A stretch of 63,158 bases of DNA, counting the filler, from Hausera hauseri (lineage: Eukaryota): the NCBI GenBank assembly GCA_046269625.1. It is 11 parts of 11 records of this genome, joined end to end, with 100 filler letters (N's around TTAATTAATTAA, not from the genome) between each part and the next. Parts side by side here need not be neighbours in the genome. Positions count along the whole stretch, not along the records: positions 9,221 to 14,658 come from JBJURY010255180.1; positions 14,759 to 23,327 come from JBJURY010594333.1; positions 23,428 to 27,916 come from JBJURY010556785.1; 8 more parts are not named here. One strand, given 5' to 3'. Below the pieces are notes generated by a model. That model was not told the DNA's origin. It saw only the letters and a program-made list of their open reading frames with translations, and did not search any database. This document shows, one piece after another, positions 12,236-23,510 of this stretch; the stretch's first letter is position 1; each line of letters starts with the position of its first letter. The position numbers and the translations under genes were made by a program.

Positions 12236-12884
12236 AATATATTTGCTGCTGGAATAAATCAATAAATCCCTCATGAAAAAGCTGCAGCGTGGACTGTTAG
12301 AACGTTGCGCAGCTTAGAAAAATAGTTCTGACATTTACCAGATTATAATGACCAACGTGCTGGATCTGTTTGGTGTGTGTGGTCTGCTCCAGAAGAGGAA
12401 CGGATGAAGAAGAGGAGGAGGAGGAGGAGGACAACGGGACGAAGAGGAGGGAGGAAGAGGAAGGAGGGAGGGAGGAAGGCACCTGATTATAGGGCTTACA
12501 TGACATCTGGACAGTTGTTTGGAGAAGGTGTGTGGGCTTCAGGGACACACCTGGAGTGAAGTTATATCATGTTCAAACTCAGGCTCATTTTAATCACCTG
12601 AGTTTTTCCTCCCCCTCCCCCAAAGCAAAGGAGCTGATAGGACCAGAAACACACAAGTCTTCTCGTGCTGACGGAGGAAACCATTAGATAATTGGAATAG
12701 TTCAACATTTGAAGAATTCATGAATTTACTCATGGAGAGTTGAAGCAAAATACTTTTTTAATTATATATTTGAAGCTCCAACCAGGAGATGTTGTAACAT
12801 CTGGAGCCATCTTGATCCAGGATAAAACACAACACCTTCCATATTTTAGACAGAGTTGAACAGGAACGGAGTGAGGCCTGCACT

Positions 12885-13040
12885 GAGGTGTGGTGGTCAG
12901 TGCTCATGTCAGCGCTCACGTCAGACAGCAAGACACTCTGTGTGGGTGTTTCTCCCACCACTGCAGTGTCTGCCCCACTTCAAAACCATGCATGTCTGGT
13001 TAACTGGAGGTTCAAAACTGACTGTAGGAGTGAGTGTTGT
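12885..13040 (+). mobile_element. Fish SINE remnant (V-SINE/Mermaid-like)
   Basis: GTGTGGGTGTTTCTCC..CAAAACCATGCATGTCTGGTTAACTGG..AAAACTGACTGTAGGAGTGAGTGT resembles the core of these SINEs. Confidence 0.55.
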
Positions 13041-14597
13041 GGCCTTTTTTTTAACTCTTTGATTGCTAAGCCTGGGTTTAGCGTTTGGCTGGAGGAATTC
13101 AAGGAGTTCAAAAACAAACTAATTAGTTAAATAAATAAAAATGCTGGCAAAAAATGTACACAATTCACAAAGAGGCACAAGCATGTTTACTTGCAGAAAA
13201 TACCAGGAAACCAGACTGTGACATAGAAACTACCTACCACAGTGCCACAGTGACCCATGTGGAGCAAAAGATGAGCAGGAGATTGACTGCAGCTGATTAA
13301 TGGGTAAAGAAGAACAGGTGAAGTGGGCGTGGCAAACTGCCTGGAAAACACACAGAGGAAGCTGACTGAGGGCGAACGAGAATCTGAACAGTTAACCAAA
13401 CATCATTACCCAAAAACTACTAAAACACATAGAAACACCAAGATATAACCAGACAATCACAACACATGAACCGAGAGCTATCAGAACATGTAAAACTATA
13501 AATGATACATTTCAGTAGGTTTCATCACTGTGCAAAAAATGTTACATTTGATGAAAGCTATGATTGAAATCTTCTCAATTTAGTGAATTTCTGCTATAAT
13601 TAAAGGGTTTTTGTGTGTGTTTTTAATCACTCCTCAGTCTGGTCCCTGCGTTGTCATTTACCATCATCATCCCACCTGCACTGTCAGTCATTATTGGCCC
13701 TCTGTCCTTTACTGATTCACTGCCTTGATAGTTTAATTATTAGATGTTCTTACCTATTCTAAATTTTGTTTGTTATTAAAACAAAGTACTTTAGCTTGTA
13801 CGACCTGCATTTGTGTCCTTGTTCCCCCTTCACCCTCCTGGAACCCTTTGTCACATTATTCAGAGGTCTTTTCCCTCAGCTTTTCTGACTGTTTTCTTCT
13901 CTTCTTACTTTTTAAGTTTATTGTAACTTTTAATTTAACATTTGTTGGCTCTGAAAGTGTTCGAAGGTGCAGTTTGAGGGCTGGTTCATCAGGTTTCTGA
14001 AGGAAACTTGTTCTGAGCGTCTCTTTGCTGCTTTATTACTAAATGAGGTTTTATGGTGCGGAGGACGTTCATTCAAGTATCATATAATGCAGTCAAGACT
14101 AACTATTGGTGGTTTTAATATATTTTAACTGTCGGACAAAACTATTTTATTTCATATGTGAAAATAAATTGGCATTGAGATTTTGAAAATCTGCTGGGGG
14201 GTAACCCCCAAGGTCAGATTCCAATAGCCCCTGTCCTGGACGAGTCATTAGTCAGATTCAAACTTTTACTCCAAATTGTGGTTGTTCAAAAGAGTAAGAT
14301 ATTCTCTGTTCATAATGTCTCCACAGAACCCCACTTCTAAAGACCTGAACTGTTGCTTTATTCTTATGTTCTTATTATTAGTAGAATATTTGGTTTATGT
14401 TGAAGAAATTCTTTGGATGGATGTTTATGATTTTATTAAATAAAATGGATAAAGCTGCTTTTGTCATTTAATAAAGAACAATTTCAGGTTTTTATTCAGC
14501 TGATTGATCGAACTTTTAATGCTGCGTCTTTGTGCCTTTAAAACCAAAGCTGGCCGTGCAGCAAAGCAGCCACCTGCTCCGAGCGCACAGAACCCAT

Positions 14598-14598
<1 letters not shown>

Positions 14599-14658
<60 letters not shown>
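14599..14658. repeat. (CA)n microsatellite running into the contig end
   Basis: About 30 CA units, seen directly. Confidence 0.99.
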
Positions 14659-14847
14659 NNNNNNNNNNNNNNNNNNNNNNNNNNNNNNNNNNNNNNNNNN
14701 NNTTAATTAATTAANNNNNNNNNNNNNNNNNNNNNNNNNNNNNNNNNNNNNNNNNNNNATATCGCGAAGAATCTATTATTATCGTTATATAGCGCCAGAC
14801 CTATATTAATAATTATAACGCGACAGACAGTTGGACAAAATAATATC

Positions 14848-17800
14848 ATGAAAAATAATCAACTGTTTGTTGAGAACTGCTCCCCGAAAAATAAATATAA
14901 AAATAAAGATTTAGAAAATTGGTTATCTTTACAAAGAAATAAAGTACCGTATCAACAAAATATTCTATTGGATTATAATAAATTATGTTCAAAAGAAAGA
15001 GATTGCTGGATAAATGACCGCTATTTAAAATTTAGGATAGATAAGGTCATCGAATACATCACCCTTTATAAAGGAAATGCCGTAGAAAATCTTAACGACA
15101 TTCATGAAGTGATTACTCTTTTCAAAGCAAACAAATTACAAATTGATGATAATCAAACAGTCATAAGAAAACCACATAGAAAAATTACCCGAGGTAGGAA
15201 AAAAGAAAACGGGCAAAAATTACAGAATAATAATCCAAATGACATGGAAATTGGAGATCTGAAAGAAATTGAAACTATAATAGATGATGTTATAAGTTGT
15301 AGTGATAGGTATAATAAAGAAAAGAAAAATGAGAAGGAAGAAGAGAAGACAACAAAAACCGTAAAACGAGAATTGAAACAAATTATTGTTAAAATAAACC
15401 AAAATTCACAAATTGTTATCGAGGTTGGAAAGATAAAAACTATCGCCATGTTGCTAAGGGAGATAGTAGCGAGACATCACATAAAGATAAAGAGCCACAT
15501 GATCATTTACAATGGTAAAAACTGGAAAAGCGAAGATATTATAGAAGAGATCCCTCACGGAGCAACAATCAACGTCATTTGCGGATTGAAAGGTGGGAGT
15601 TCTAACGAGAGTGAAGAATTCGAAAATCGATTACTGGCCAAGGATGAATTAAGATGTGAATTGACAGTCCAAAGAAAATCGCTCATAAACAGTCGATTAA
15701 CGGAGGACGAATTCCAATATCAAAGTAATAGATACGATGAACTTTTTAAGAAATTATCCATGGAGATCAGTACGTTGAAATTAGTTGCCAGAAAATTGAA
15801 AAGAAGAGAAGAATTAGCGGAATTAATCGATGAATCAAAGAACATCGAGATGCAAAATGAAGAAATAATAAGGATGATTCAAGCAAAAAATTTTAGAGTT
15901 TTAGAAGACAAATTAGATATAAAAGCTCAGAATAATTATTTAGCACCTAAGTTAAAAAGGGTGGAACTTCCAAAATTCGGGGGTAATGTTGCCGAATTTG
16001 AAAAATGGCGACAGATATTTAGAACGTGTGTGGATAATACTTCACTTTCCAGCATAGACAAACAGATTCAACTAGAGAACTGTTTATACGGTGAGGCGAA
16101 AAGACTAATTCAAAGCTATGATCTTTCTGAAAACTCTTATAAAGCGGCACTCGAAAAGTTGGAACGTTATTACGGAGGGAATCAGAGAAACTATGCTTCC
16201 CTCATGTCGGAAATTATGGAGTTTCCAAAAATCGGCGTACACAATATTAAAGATTTAGATGCCTTTGCTACATTATTAGATTCAGTCATTGTGAGATTAA
16301 AACATCTAGACCGAGAAATAGAGTTAGAAGGCGGATTGTTATACCAAAATTTAATCCAAAAACTACCTGAGATAATGGTATTGACATGGGAGAGGTATCG
16401 AGAAGATAAAGATAAGAAACGTAATGTACAAGAATTAAAAATATGGGTGGAAAAAGAGGCTGAATTGAAACGGATCGCTGCCGAAGGTGTTCACGGAATA
16501 AATGTTCTAATGCCAAATAAAATCAGAAATCCAGAACGACAAGTTAAAGGTTCATTCTTCACAAATAAAAAGCAAGGTATAGAAAAGTTAACGTACAAGA
16601 TTGGGAATGATGTTGAAAATAAGAGAAATGAAGAAAATAATAATCATTGGAATAAAAATAGAAGATTGTTAAATACTTGTAAATATTTTTTAAACGGTAA
16701 TTGCAAATTTGGTGATTCATGCAAGTTTAGTCATGAAATAAAGGATCCAAACAGTAATACGAATGTAAATCAAAAATATTGTGTTTATTTTCTAAATGGA
16801 AACTGTAAATATGGAAAAGGTTGCCGATTCAAACATGTAAATCCTTCAAANNNNNNNNNNNNNNNNNNNNNNNNNNNNNNNNNNNNNNNNNNNNNNNNNN
16901 NNNNNNNNNNNNNNNNNNNNNNNNNNNNNNNNNNNNNNNNNNNNNNNNNNAAATATTGTGTTTATTTTCTAAATGGAAACTGTAAATATGGAAAAGGTTG
17001 CCGATTCAAACATGTAAATCCTTCAAAAATATCAAAACGAGATAACAATTATTCAAAAAAATTCGATAAAAAAGTAGATATAAAAAATTTATCTGAAGCT
17101 CTCATTAAAGTTGACAATACAAAATCAGAACTAAATGATAACTCTTGTCAAACGTATAGTGATGGCTATTCAGAGAAACATTCGTATATGACGAACATGA
17201 AAAAAGAAAGGTCTAAAGGATCAGATAAAATAGCTCTAAGGACCGTCTCAGTGTATCTGATTAGTAGAAAAAAGAAGATCAAAGTGAACATGTTACTAGA
17301 CGATGCCAGCACGGACAGTTTTCTTGAAGAAGACATTGTCCAATCGTTAGAACTAAGTGGAAAAGTAGAAGATGTTACGGTGGCAGTAGTGGGAGGAACA
17401 CAAAAAAGACAAAAGGTGACCAGAGTTTGCATGACCTTACAAAGTTTAGATGGTAACGTTTGTGAGAAATTTGACGCGTTATCCATGAGAAGACCAACAG
17501 GGTCCATGAAAGCTATTAATTGGGCGGTAAAAAAAAGACAATGGCCATACTTACGAGACATTGAATTTGTGGGAACAGGACAAGGAGAACGTGTAGACGG
17601 AATTATAGGAGCCAATTACATACACCTCCACAAATCTATAAGGGAAGTCTCAGGAAAACGAGGAGAACCAGTGGCTCGACTGACTCCTCTTGGATGGACT
17701 TGTGTCGGAATCCTAAACGAAGGAGAAGATAATTTAATACGAAACAGTCTGGTAAGAACGTATTGGACGAGAGTTGATGAAGTAAATGAAGATATAAAAA

Positions 17801-20800
17801 GATTATGGGAGATAGAAAATTCGGTTGAAGAAAAAGAAAGTTGGTCGCATTTAGATAAAGAAATTCTTCGAGTCGCAAAAGACAAGATGAAGAAAACCGA
17901 AGATGGTAGGTACGAGGTTTCTCTGCCTTGGAAAACAGAAACGGAAAAAATACCAAATTCCAGAAATATGGCTGAAAAAAGGCTAGAATATTTAGAAAAG
18001 AAACTAAAATCAGACAAATCTGTAAAAGTAGCTTACGAACAAGTGATTGAAGATCACATAAAGAAAGGGTATGTGGAGCAAGTGGAAAGAGAAGAAAAGG
18101 GAGCTGATTATTGGATGTTACCGCACTTCCCAGTTGTGAAACCGGATAGATCTACCACAAAAATTAGAATTGTCTTTGATGCAGCAGCAAAAGTAAAAGG
18201 AACAAGTCTAAACGGATTGCTGCATTCGGGACCAAAATTGCAATTGGATTTAGTAGACATCCTGATACGAATGAGAAAAAATGAGATAGTTCTGATTTGT
18301 GACATAGCTGAAATGTTCCTGCAAATCAGCGTTTCACCTAATGACAGAAAATTCCTACAATTTCTGTGGAGAAGAAATGGTGAGATCGAAACATATCAAT
18401 TCACAAGGCTTGTATTTGGACTGAATGCCTCACCGTTCCTAGCACAACTTGTAAGTCAAGCGAATGCAGAATTGTTTGAAGAAAAGTACCCACGGGCGGT
18501 CGAAACGATTAAACAATCAACGTACATGGATGATTGCATAGATTCTGTCGAGACAGAAGATGAGGCTGTAAAGTTATACTATCAGTTGAAAGAGATATGG
18601 GGAACAGCGAAAATGAAGACACATAAATGGTTATCGAATTCAGAGCGATTATATCGCGAGATACCGGATAATGAAAGAGCAAAGGAATACGCTTTCAAAA
18701 GCGAAGTCAATTGCACCTCAAAAACTCTAGGACTTAAATGGGATGTCAAAGAAGACTGTTTGACTTTCGACGGAGGGGGGAGCCATGAAAGTGGATTGAC
18801 TAAAAGAAACGTGCTAAGTGCCTTGGCAAAAATATTTGACCCTCTAGGTCTAGTGAGTACCGTTACCATAGTAGGCAAATGTTTATTACAGGAAATGTGG
18901 TTGAATGGGATTGATTGGGATCAAATGATTCCTGAAGAACTAAGAAAACGTACTACAACATGGTTGAAACAACTATCCGAGTTAGATAAAGTAAAGACAA
19001 AGAGATGGTTAGGAATAAATAATATCAATGATAAGGAGATCCATGTATTTTGTGACGCATCTAGTATAGCTTATGGAGCGGTAGCTTACATTAGATGTGA
19101 AGATAACGGAGAGATACTAACGAATATAATTGCAGCGAAATCAAAAGTTGCTCCTATAAAATCTATATCAATTCCCAGATTGGAGCTGATGGCGGCATGT
19201 ATAGGAGTGAAGCTATGCATGAAGGTATCGAAAGTTCTACAAATAACAAATGAAAAAGTAACATACTGGAGTGATAGCATGAATGTCCTCTGTTGGGTCA
19301 AACAATACTCAAAATACTATAAACCATTTGTAGCGAACAGAATAGGTTTCATTCAGGAGAGAAGTGAAGGATCAAAATGGAAATATATTAACACCAAACA
19401 AAACCCAGCGGACTATCTCTCTCGAGGAACCACTGTGGAAGAAGTTATAAAACTGAATTTATGGTGGGAAGGACCTGCGTTTCTGAAATTAAAAGAAAAG
19501 ACCTGGCCAGAACAACCAAAAATCTTAGAAGAAACGGAGATGAAGGAGAAGAAAGTCATAAAAACGTTTTCAACTCAAACGTATGAAAACGTAAATACTA
19601 CATTAACAAACATTAAAGGTGATTCAGAATGGATTAAATATGTTGATGAACAGATACTAAAAGAAAATAATAAAGAATTATCGAGAGAAGATGTTATTAT
19701 AAACATTATAAAAGGTGAACAAGAAGAACACTTCAAAGAAGAAATTGGTCAATTAAAAAGTGGAAAGGAGGTGAGAAAAAATAGTAAAATTCAACAGGCT
19801 AACCCTATGTTGGATGATAACGGAATAATAAGGAGTAATAGTCGATTGTCATTAATAAGGTATCTTGATTGGTCCATCAAATATCCGATAATATTATCGG
19901 ATAAAATGAAAATTACTAAGTGGTTGATAGAACATTGTCACATACAACATAAGCATTGCGCTGGAATTAACCACATATACGCTATGATGAGTAAAGTTTA
20001 CTGGTGTCCCAAACTTAAAAAATTAATAAAGAAAGTCCAACATGATTGTAAAGTGTGTCGCAAAAACAGTGCTAAGGGAACTCAACAACCAATGGCACCA
20101 TTACCGGAGTTCCGCCTTCAAGAGCCACTTAAAGCGTTTAGCGTTGTGGGAATTGATTTTGCAGGTCCGATTTCGATCAAGAAAGGTAGAGGTGTGTCTA
20201 GAGAAAAGAGATATATATGCCTATTTACATGCTTGAAATGTAGGGCTGTTCATTTAGAATTAGCTGCGGATTTGTCTACAGATTCATTCATACGGGCTTT
20301 TTTAAGATTTATGAACCGTCGAGGAAAGCCGAACATCATATTGAGCGACAATGGGACAAACTTTGTAGGGGCAAACAAAGAGGTTTGTGAAATAAGAATC
20401 GACACGTATGCCGTCAAACAGCAATTAGAAAAAGATGAAATTAGATGGATATTTAACCCACCAGGAACACCACATTTTGGAGGAGTATTCGAAATCATGA
20501 TAAAGGCCACAAAGAAGGCTATGTACAAGATACTAGGAAGTGCCAATACAACAGAGGAAGAATTGTTAACAATATTAATCATTGTAGAAGGTATCATCAA
20601 CTCAAGACCCATCACTAGCACAGTAACTGATTCAAAAGACGATATTATATTGTCTCCAAATCACTTTATCATACCTGGCTATGATGGAAAAATTAACGCT
20701 GAGATTAACGGCACCAGAGAAAGTTCTTATGTCGCACGCTGGCGATATATACAAAAACTGTCAAATGATTATTGGACAAGGTGGAGAGAAGAAATAATAA

Positions 20801-21033
20801 TCGGGTACAGAAACCAACATAAGAAATATGAAACGGTGACAAAATTTAATATTGGAGATAAAGTTTGGTTACTAGAAGATAACTTAATGAGAAATCAATG
20901 GCAAATTGGGACCATCAGTCAAATATATCCAGGAAAGGACGGCATTACCAGAATTGTAGATATTGATATCGATGGAAAGATAATCATCCGACCAGTAAAA
21001 AAGATTTGTAAGGTCGAGAGAGATATATGTTAA
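14848..21033 (+). CDS. BEL/Pao LTR retrotransposon single-ORF polyprotein: leader - ubiquitin-like domain - Gag - CCCH fingers - protease - RT - RNase H - integrase
   Basis: 2061 codons with no stop (one 100-N gap). Gag LKRVELPKFGG..W..F; protease LLDDASTDSF; ARLTPLGW; RT LPHFPVVK..RIVFDA..YMDD; RNase H IHVFCDAS..IPRLEL; integrase H..H..CKVC, GIDFAGP, SDNGTNF, GGVFE. Confidence 0.97.
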   Translation: MKNNQLFVENCSPKNKYKNKDLENWLSLQRNKVPYQQNILLDYNKLCSKERDCWINDRYLKFRIDKVIEYITLYKGNAVENLNDIHEVITLFKANKLQIDDNQTVIRKPHRKITRGRKKENGQKLQNNNPNDMEIGDLKEIETIIDDVISCSDRYNKEKKNEKEEEKTTKTVKRELKQIIVKINQNSQIVIEVGKIKTIAMLLREIVARHHIKIKSHMIIYNGKNWKSEDIIEEIPHGATINVICGLKGGSSNESEEFENRLLAKDELRCELTVQRKSLINSRLTEDEFQYQSNRYDELFKKLSMEISTLKLVARKLKRREELAELIDESKNIEMQNEEIIRMIQAKNFRVLEDKLDIKAQNNYLAPKLKRVELPKFGGNVAEFEKWRQIFRTCVDNTSLSSIDKQIQLENCLYGEAKRLIQSYDLSENSYKAALEKLERYYGGNQRNYASLMSEIMEFPKIGVHNIKDLDAFATLLDSVIVRLKHLDREIELEGGLLYQNLIQKLPEIMVLTWERYREDKDKKRNVQELKIWVEKEAELKRIAAEGVHGINVLMPNKIRNPERQVKGSFFTNKKQGIEKLTYKIGNDVENKRNEENNNHWNKNRRLLNTCKYFLNGNCKFGDSCKFSHEIKDPNSNTNVNQKYCVYFLNGNCKYGKGCRFKHVNPSXXXXXXXXXXXXXXXXXXXXXXXXXXXXXXXXXXKYCVYFLNGNCKYGKGCRFKHVNPSKISKRDNNYSKKFDKKVDIKNLSEALIKVDNTKSELNDNSCQTYSDGYSEKHSYMTNMKKERSKGSDKIALRTVSVYLISRKKKIKVNMLLDDASTDSFLEEDIVQSLELSGKVEDVTVAVVGGTQKRQKVTRVCMTLQSLDGNVCEKFDALSMRRPTGSMKAINWAVKKRQWPYLRDIEFVGTGQGERVDGIIGANYIHLHKSIREVSGKRGEPVARLTPLGWTCVGILNEGEDNLIRNSLVRTYWTRVDEVNEDIKRLWEIENSVEEKESWSHLDKEILRVAKDKMKKTEDGRYEVSLPWKTETEKIPNSRNMAEKRLEYLEKKLKSDKSVKVAYEQVIEDHIKKGYVEQVEREEKGADYWMLPHFPVVKPDRSTTKIRIVFDAAAKVKGTSLNGLLHSGPKLQLDLVDILIRMRKNEIVLICDIAEMFLQISVSPNDRKFLQFLWRRNGEIETYQFTRLVFGLNASPFLAQLVSQANAELFEEKYPRAVETIKQSTYMDDCIDSVETEDEAVKLYYQLKEIWGTAKMKTHKWLSNSERLYREIPDNERAKEYAFKSEVNCTSKTLGLKWDVKEDCLTFDGGGSHESGLTKRNVLSALAKIFDPLGLVSTVTIVGKCLLQEMWLNGIDWDQMIPEELRKRTTTWLKQLSELDKVKTKRWLGINNINDKEIHVFCDASSIAYGAVAYIRCEDNGEILTNIIAAKSKVAPIKSISIPRLELMAACIGVKLCMKVSKVLQITNEKVTYWSDSMNVLCWVKQYSKYYKPFVANRIGFIQERSEGSKWKYINTKQNPADYLSRGTTVEEVIKLNLWWEGPAFLKLKEKTWPEQPKILEETEMKEKKVIKTFSTQTYENVNTTLTNIKGDSEWIKYVDEQILKENNKELSREDVIINIIKGEQEEHFKEEIGQLKSGKEVRKNSKIQQANPMLDDNGIIRSNSRLSLIRYLDWSIKYPIILSDKMKITKWLIEHCHIQHKHCAGINHIYAMMSKVYWCPKLKKLIKKVQHDCKVCRKNSAKGTQQPMAPLPEFRLQEPLKAFSVVGIDFAGPISIKKGRGVSREKRYICLFTCLKCRAVHLELAADLSTDSFIRAFLRFMNRRGKPNIILSDNGTNFVGANKEVCEIRIDTYAVKQQLEKDEIRWIFNPPGTPHFGGVFEIMIKATKKAMYKILGSANTTEEELLTILIIVEGIINSRPITSTVTDSKDDIILSPNHFIIPGYDGKINAEINGTRESSYVARWRYIQKLSNDYWTRWREEIIIGYRNQHKKYETVTKFNIGDKVWLLEDNLMRNQWQIGTISQIYPGKDGITRIVDIDIDGKIIIRPVKKICKVERDIC
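15376..15597 (+). other. Ubiquitin-like domain within the BEL polyprotein (aa 177-250)
   Basis: KQIIVK..IVIEV..TIAMLLREI..IIYNGK..ATINVICGLKGG aligns to ubiquitin by eye with one 2-residue gap and about 19 identities, ending in di-glycine. Confidence 0.85.
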
Positions 21034-21726
21034 AATTGATGATAATTAAGATAAATCTATATAAATATATATAATAAGTAAATATAGGGTTATATAGTTT
21101 GTAAATCATGATTAACTGATAATTGTCTTGTTGGTTAAAAGAATCGAGTGAACTAAAATTCTTAATGTGACATAAATATCGTTTCCTCCGAATGTCAGAA
21201 ATCTAAAGAAACTCTAACCTTCCCTTCAACCCTTCACTTAATTCCAACTGAGTAACACCAGCGATTGAAATAGCAGCTTTATTTAAGTTAAAATAAACCT
21301 TTATTTAATAGATCCATATCGGTATTTATTATTGATAAGACCTTAATTATCAACTACATTATCACCTTAAAACGTTAAAACGCCTTCGATTCTTAAATGA
21401 CTCCTTTATCTTGATCGATTCTTGGATTGTTAAAACAGATGACACTTATATGTTCTTTATTGCATTGGGAGATTTATACAGTCTTATCTTAAATTTCCCA
21501 AAACTCCACAAAAATGAGCCCTGAATCTTATAAAAATTGAGAAACTGATGAATCGCATAATCATTATTCGCTGTCTCGAGTGTCTCTAACCGTTGTTCAA
21601 AGAATTCATCGAATGTTCGCGTAAAAGCAAAAATACCCCCTTTTTTAATTGGTATTAGTTATAAATAAATTTAGCTTGTATATATCTGAGACCTCCTCTT
21701 TAACTGATTGAAGACTGAATAGCTTC

Positions 21727-21950
21727 AAGAAAGGGGGGGGGAAATGTGAACGTTAAAACAGACAACAAATGGGAGAAGCGACGGGGAGTCGAGACAGTGG
21801 ACGGTGGTGTGTGGCGATGTGGGTTATGGGCCGGTTAAACAACAAAAAGGACAGAAACTAATCACCCATATAAGAAATGTTGTCAAAATTTAGCACCTGA
21901 TTACCAAATTAAAAGAAGAGTGAAACTTGTGAATGATAAAGACAATAACA
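21727..21950 (+). repeat. Polypurine tract (21727-21744) and putative 3' LTR of the BEL element
   Basis: AAGAAAGGGGGGGGGAAA is followed immediately by TGTG at 21745, then TATA-like CATATAAG, ATTAAA and a possible ..AACA end at 21950. The 5' LTR is not in the contig, so the right boundary is tentative. Confidence 0.6.
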
Positions 21951-22239
21951 CTTATGAAAATTTTAGACAATTCATGTGATCGAATTTGTACATAAGCCGT
22001 ATGTAAAAAATATTGTTTTAATTGTTGCTAGATTGAGTTTGTAGTATATAGATACGAAATCAGAAATTAGATTCCGCGAAATAAATGATCAATTGTGTTT
22101 CTTTAAAAAATTGTTGTTGTATATATATTCCATAAGAAAATGTATTAAATGGAAATTGATTATAAAGGAAGAAAAATGAATGAAAAAGCTGAAGACGTTG
22201 TTTTGACCAGAACAACGGGAATTTTGTAGATTGAATTAG

Positions 22240-22679
22240 ATAACGGTAATTGATGGGTTTGATGAGAATTGGTCTGAGAAACTACGCAACGGTGACGTTA
22301 TTTTCATCGACGATTTATTTCAGGAAGCCGCGAAACAATCGGACTTCAACAACCTGTTCAAGAAGATTACACAACACCGTGGCGTAACGGTTATTTTCAT
22401 TATACAAAACACGTTTCATCACGGCGGATAGCATCTAACAAGTAATAAAATCGTACTCTTTTTGGTGTTGTTTAAAAATACCCGTGATCAGACTATCATT
22501 GATTATGTTGCACAACAAGTATTTCCACACAAGCGAGACTACTTGATAGATGCATATCATGATGCACGACCGAGCCACACGGATACTTGTTCATTAACTT
22601 TGCACAACAGTGTCCCGATGACATTCGTGTACGAACATATATTTTCAATCAGAAAGTGTATGTGTCTTTAACAAATTAG
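22240..22679 (+). pseudogene. Polinton/Maverick (adintovirus-like) packaging ATPase, C-terminal half, decayed
   Basis: VIFIDDL (Walker B), QHRGVTVIFIIQN, LVLFKNTRD, AYHDA, GYLFINF..PDDIRVRTYIF. One internal stop and one frameshift. Confidence 0.85.
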
Positions 22680-22926
22680 AAAATCGATGACATGATTGTG
22701 ATAAAATGAAGAATTTCCGAAAAACAATTGTTAAACCTAAACCTACTGCCAAGCGGGTGTCCGGCTGCAAGAAGCGTGTATTAAAACGAACCACCTCTAC
22801 AGTCAAGCGATTAATCAATTCTGTGCTTTGAACAACAAAAGCAGCAGCTAGAAGCCAATTACCATCACAGTTGCAACGGTTATAAACAACTACGTTTCAT
22901 CAGCATTAATACGCCCTCAAAAAAGC

Positions 22927-23255
22927 ATGCGATTCAAACGCAGTCAGCCGTACTTTATTGCTTTGCTCAAGACACCTACGAGGCATAAGCGAAACATGCT
23001 GCGATCATTTCCACAGTTTGTAGTAGACGATTTGATGGAAATTTTATACAATATCGTTGTGGATCACGTTGACATTGGTAATGGAAAGCGGAATTTTCTA
23101 AATTATCGAAAACGACTCATTGTTTTGCCAACGCCCGTAGTAAACGACTGAAACGGGAGGTCATGTACCAGCAATATGGCGGATTCCTTGGTACAATTCT
23201 ACCGATTGTCACGCCATTACTGGGTGGACTCATTGGTTCTGCAACAACATCATAG
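22927..23255 (+). pseudogene. Polinton/adintovirus small conserved protein with GG-hydrophobic tail (pX/'gasderminX'-like), frameshifted
   Basis: LMEILYNIV.. then, after a frameshift, KREVMYQQYGGFLGTILPIVTPLLGGLIG. Sits downstream of the ATPase. Confidence 0.7.
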
Positions 23256-23427
23256 TATAAACAATGACGGTAAGTATATGGTGATTCGGCGATATGGGTG
23301 CATGGTTTTCATCTTTCTGTCCCAGTTNNNNNNNNNNNNNNNNNNNNNNNNNNNNNNNNNNNNNNNNNNNNTTAATTAATTAANNNNNNNNNNNNNNNNN
23401 NNNNNNNNNNNNNNNNNNNNNNNNNNN

Positions 23428-23510
23428 AAAACATGGCAGATTTCAATTTTACAATAGAATATAGGAAGGGCGAACAACATGGAAATGCAGATGGATTGTC
23501 GCGGATCTTT
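23428..23510 (+). mobile_element. Ty3/Gypsy RNase H C-terminal fragment
   Basis: DFNFTIEYRKGEQHGNADGLSR. Confidence 0.8.

Noticed and set aside
16851-17030. Exactly three CCCH fingers
   Set aside because: The third is identical to the second across a 100-N gap and may be an assembly overlap. Only two or more can be claimed.
21370-21660. Antisense coding-like stretch in the BEL 3' region (possible extra gene)
   Set aside because: About 70 open codons without an ATG or recognisable motif; insufficient evidence.
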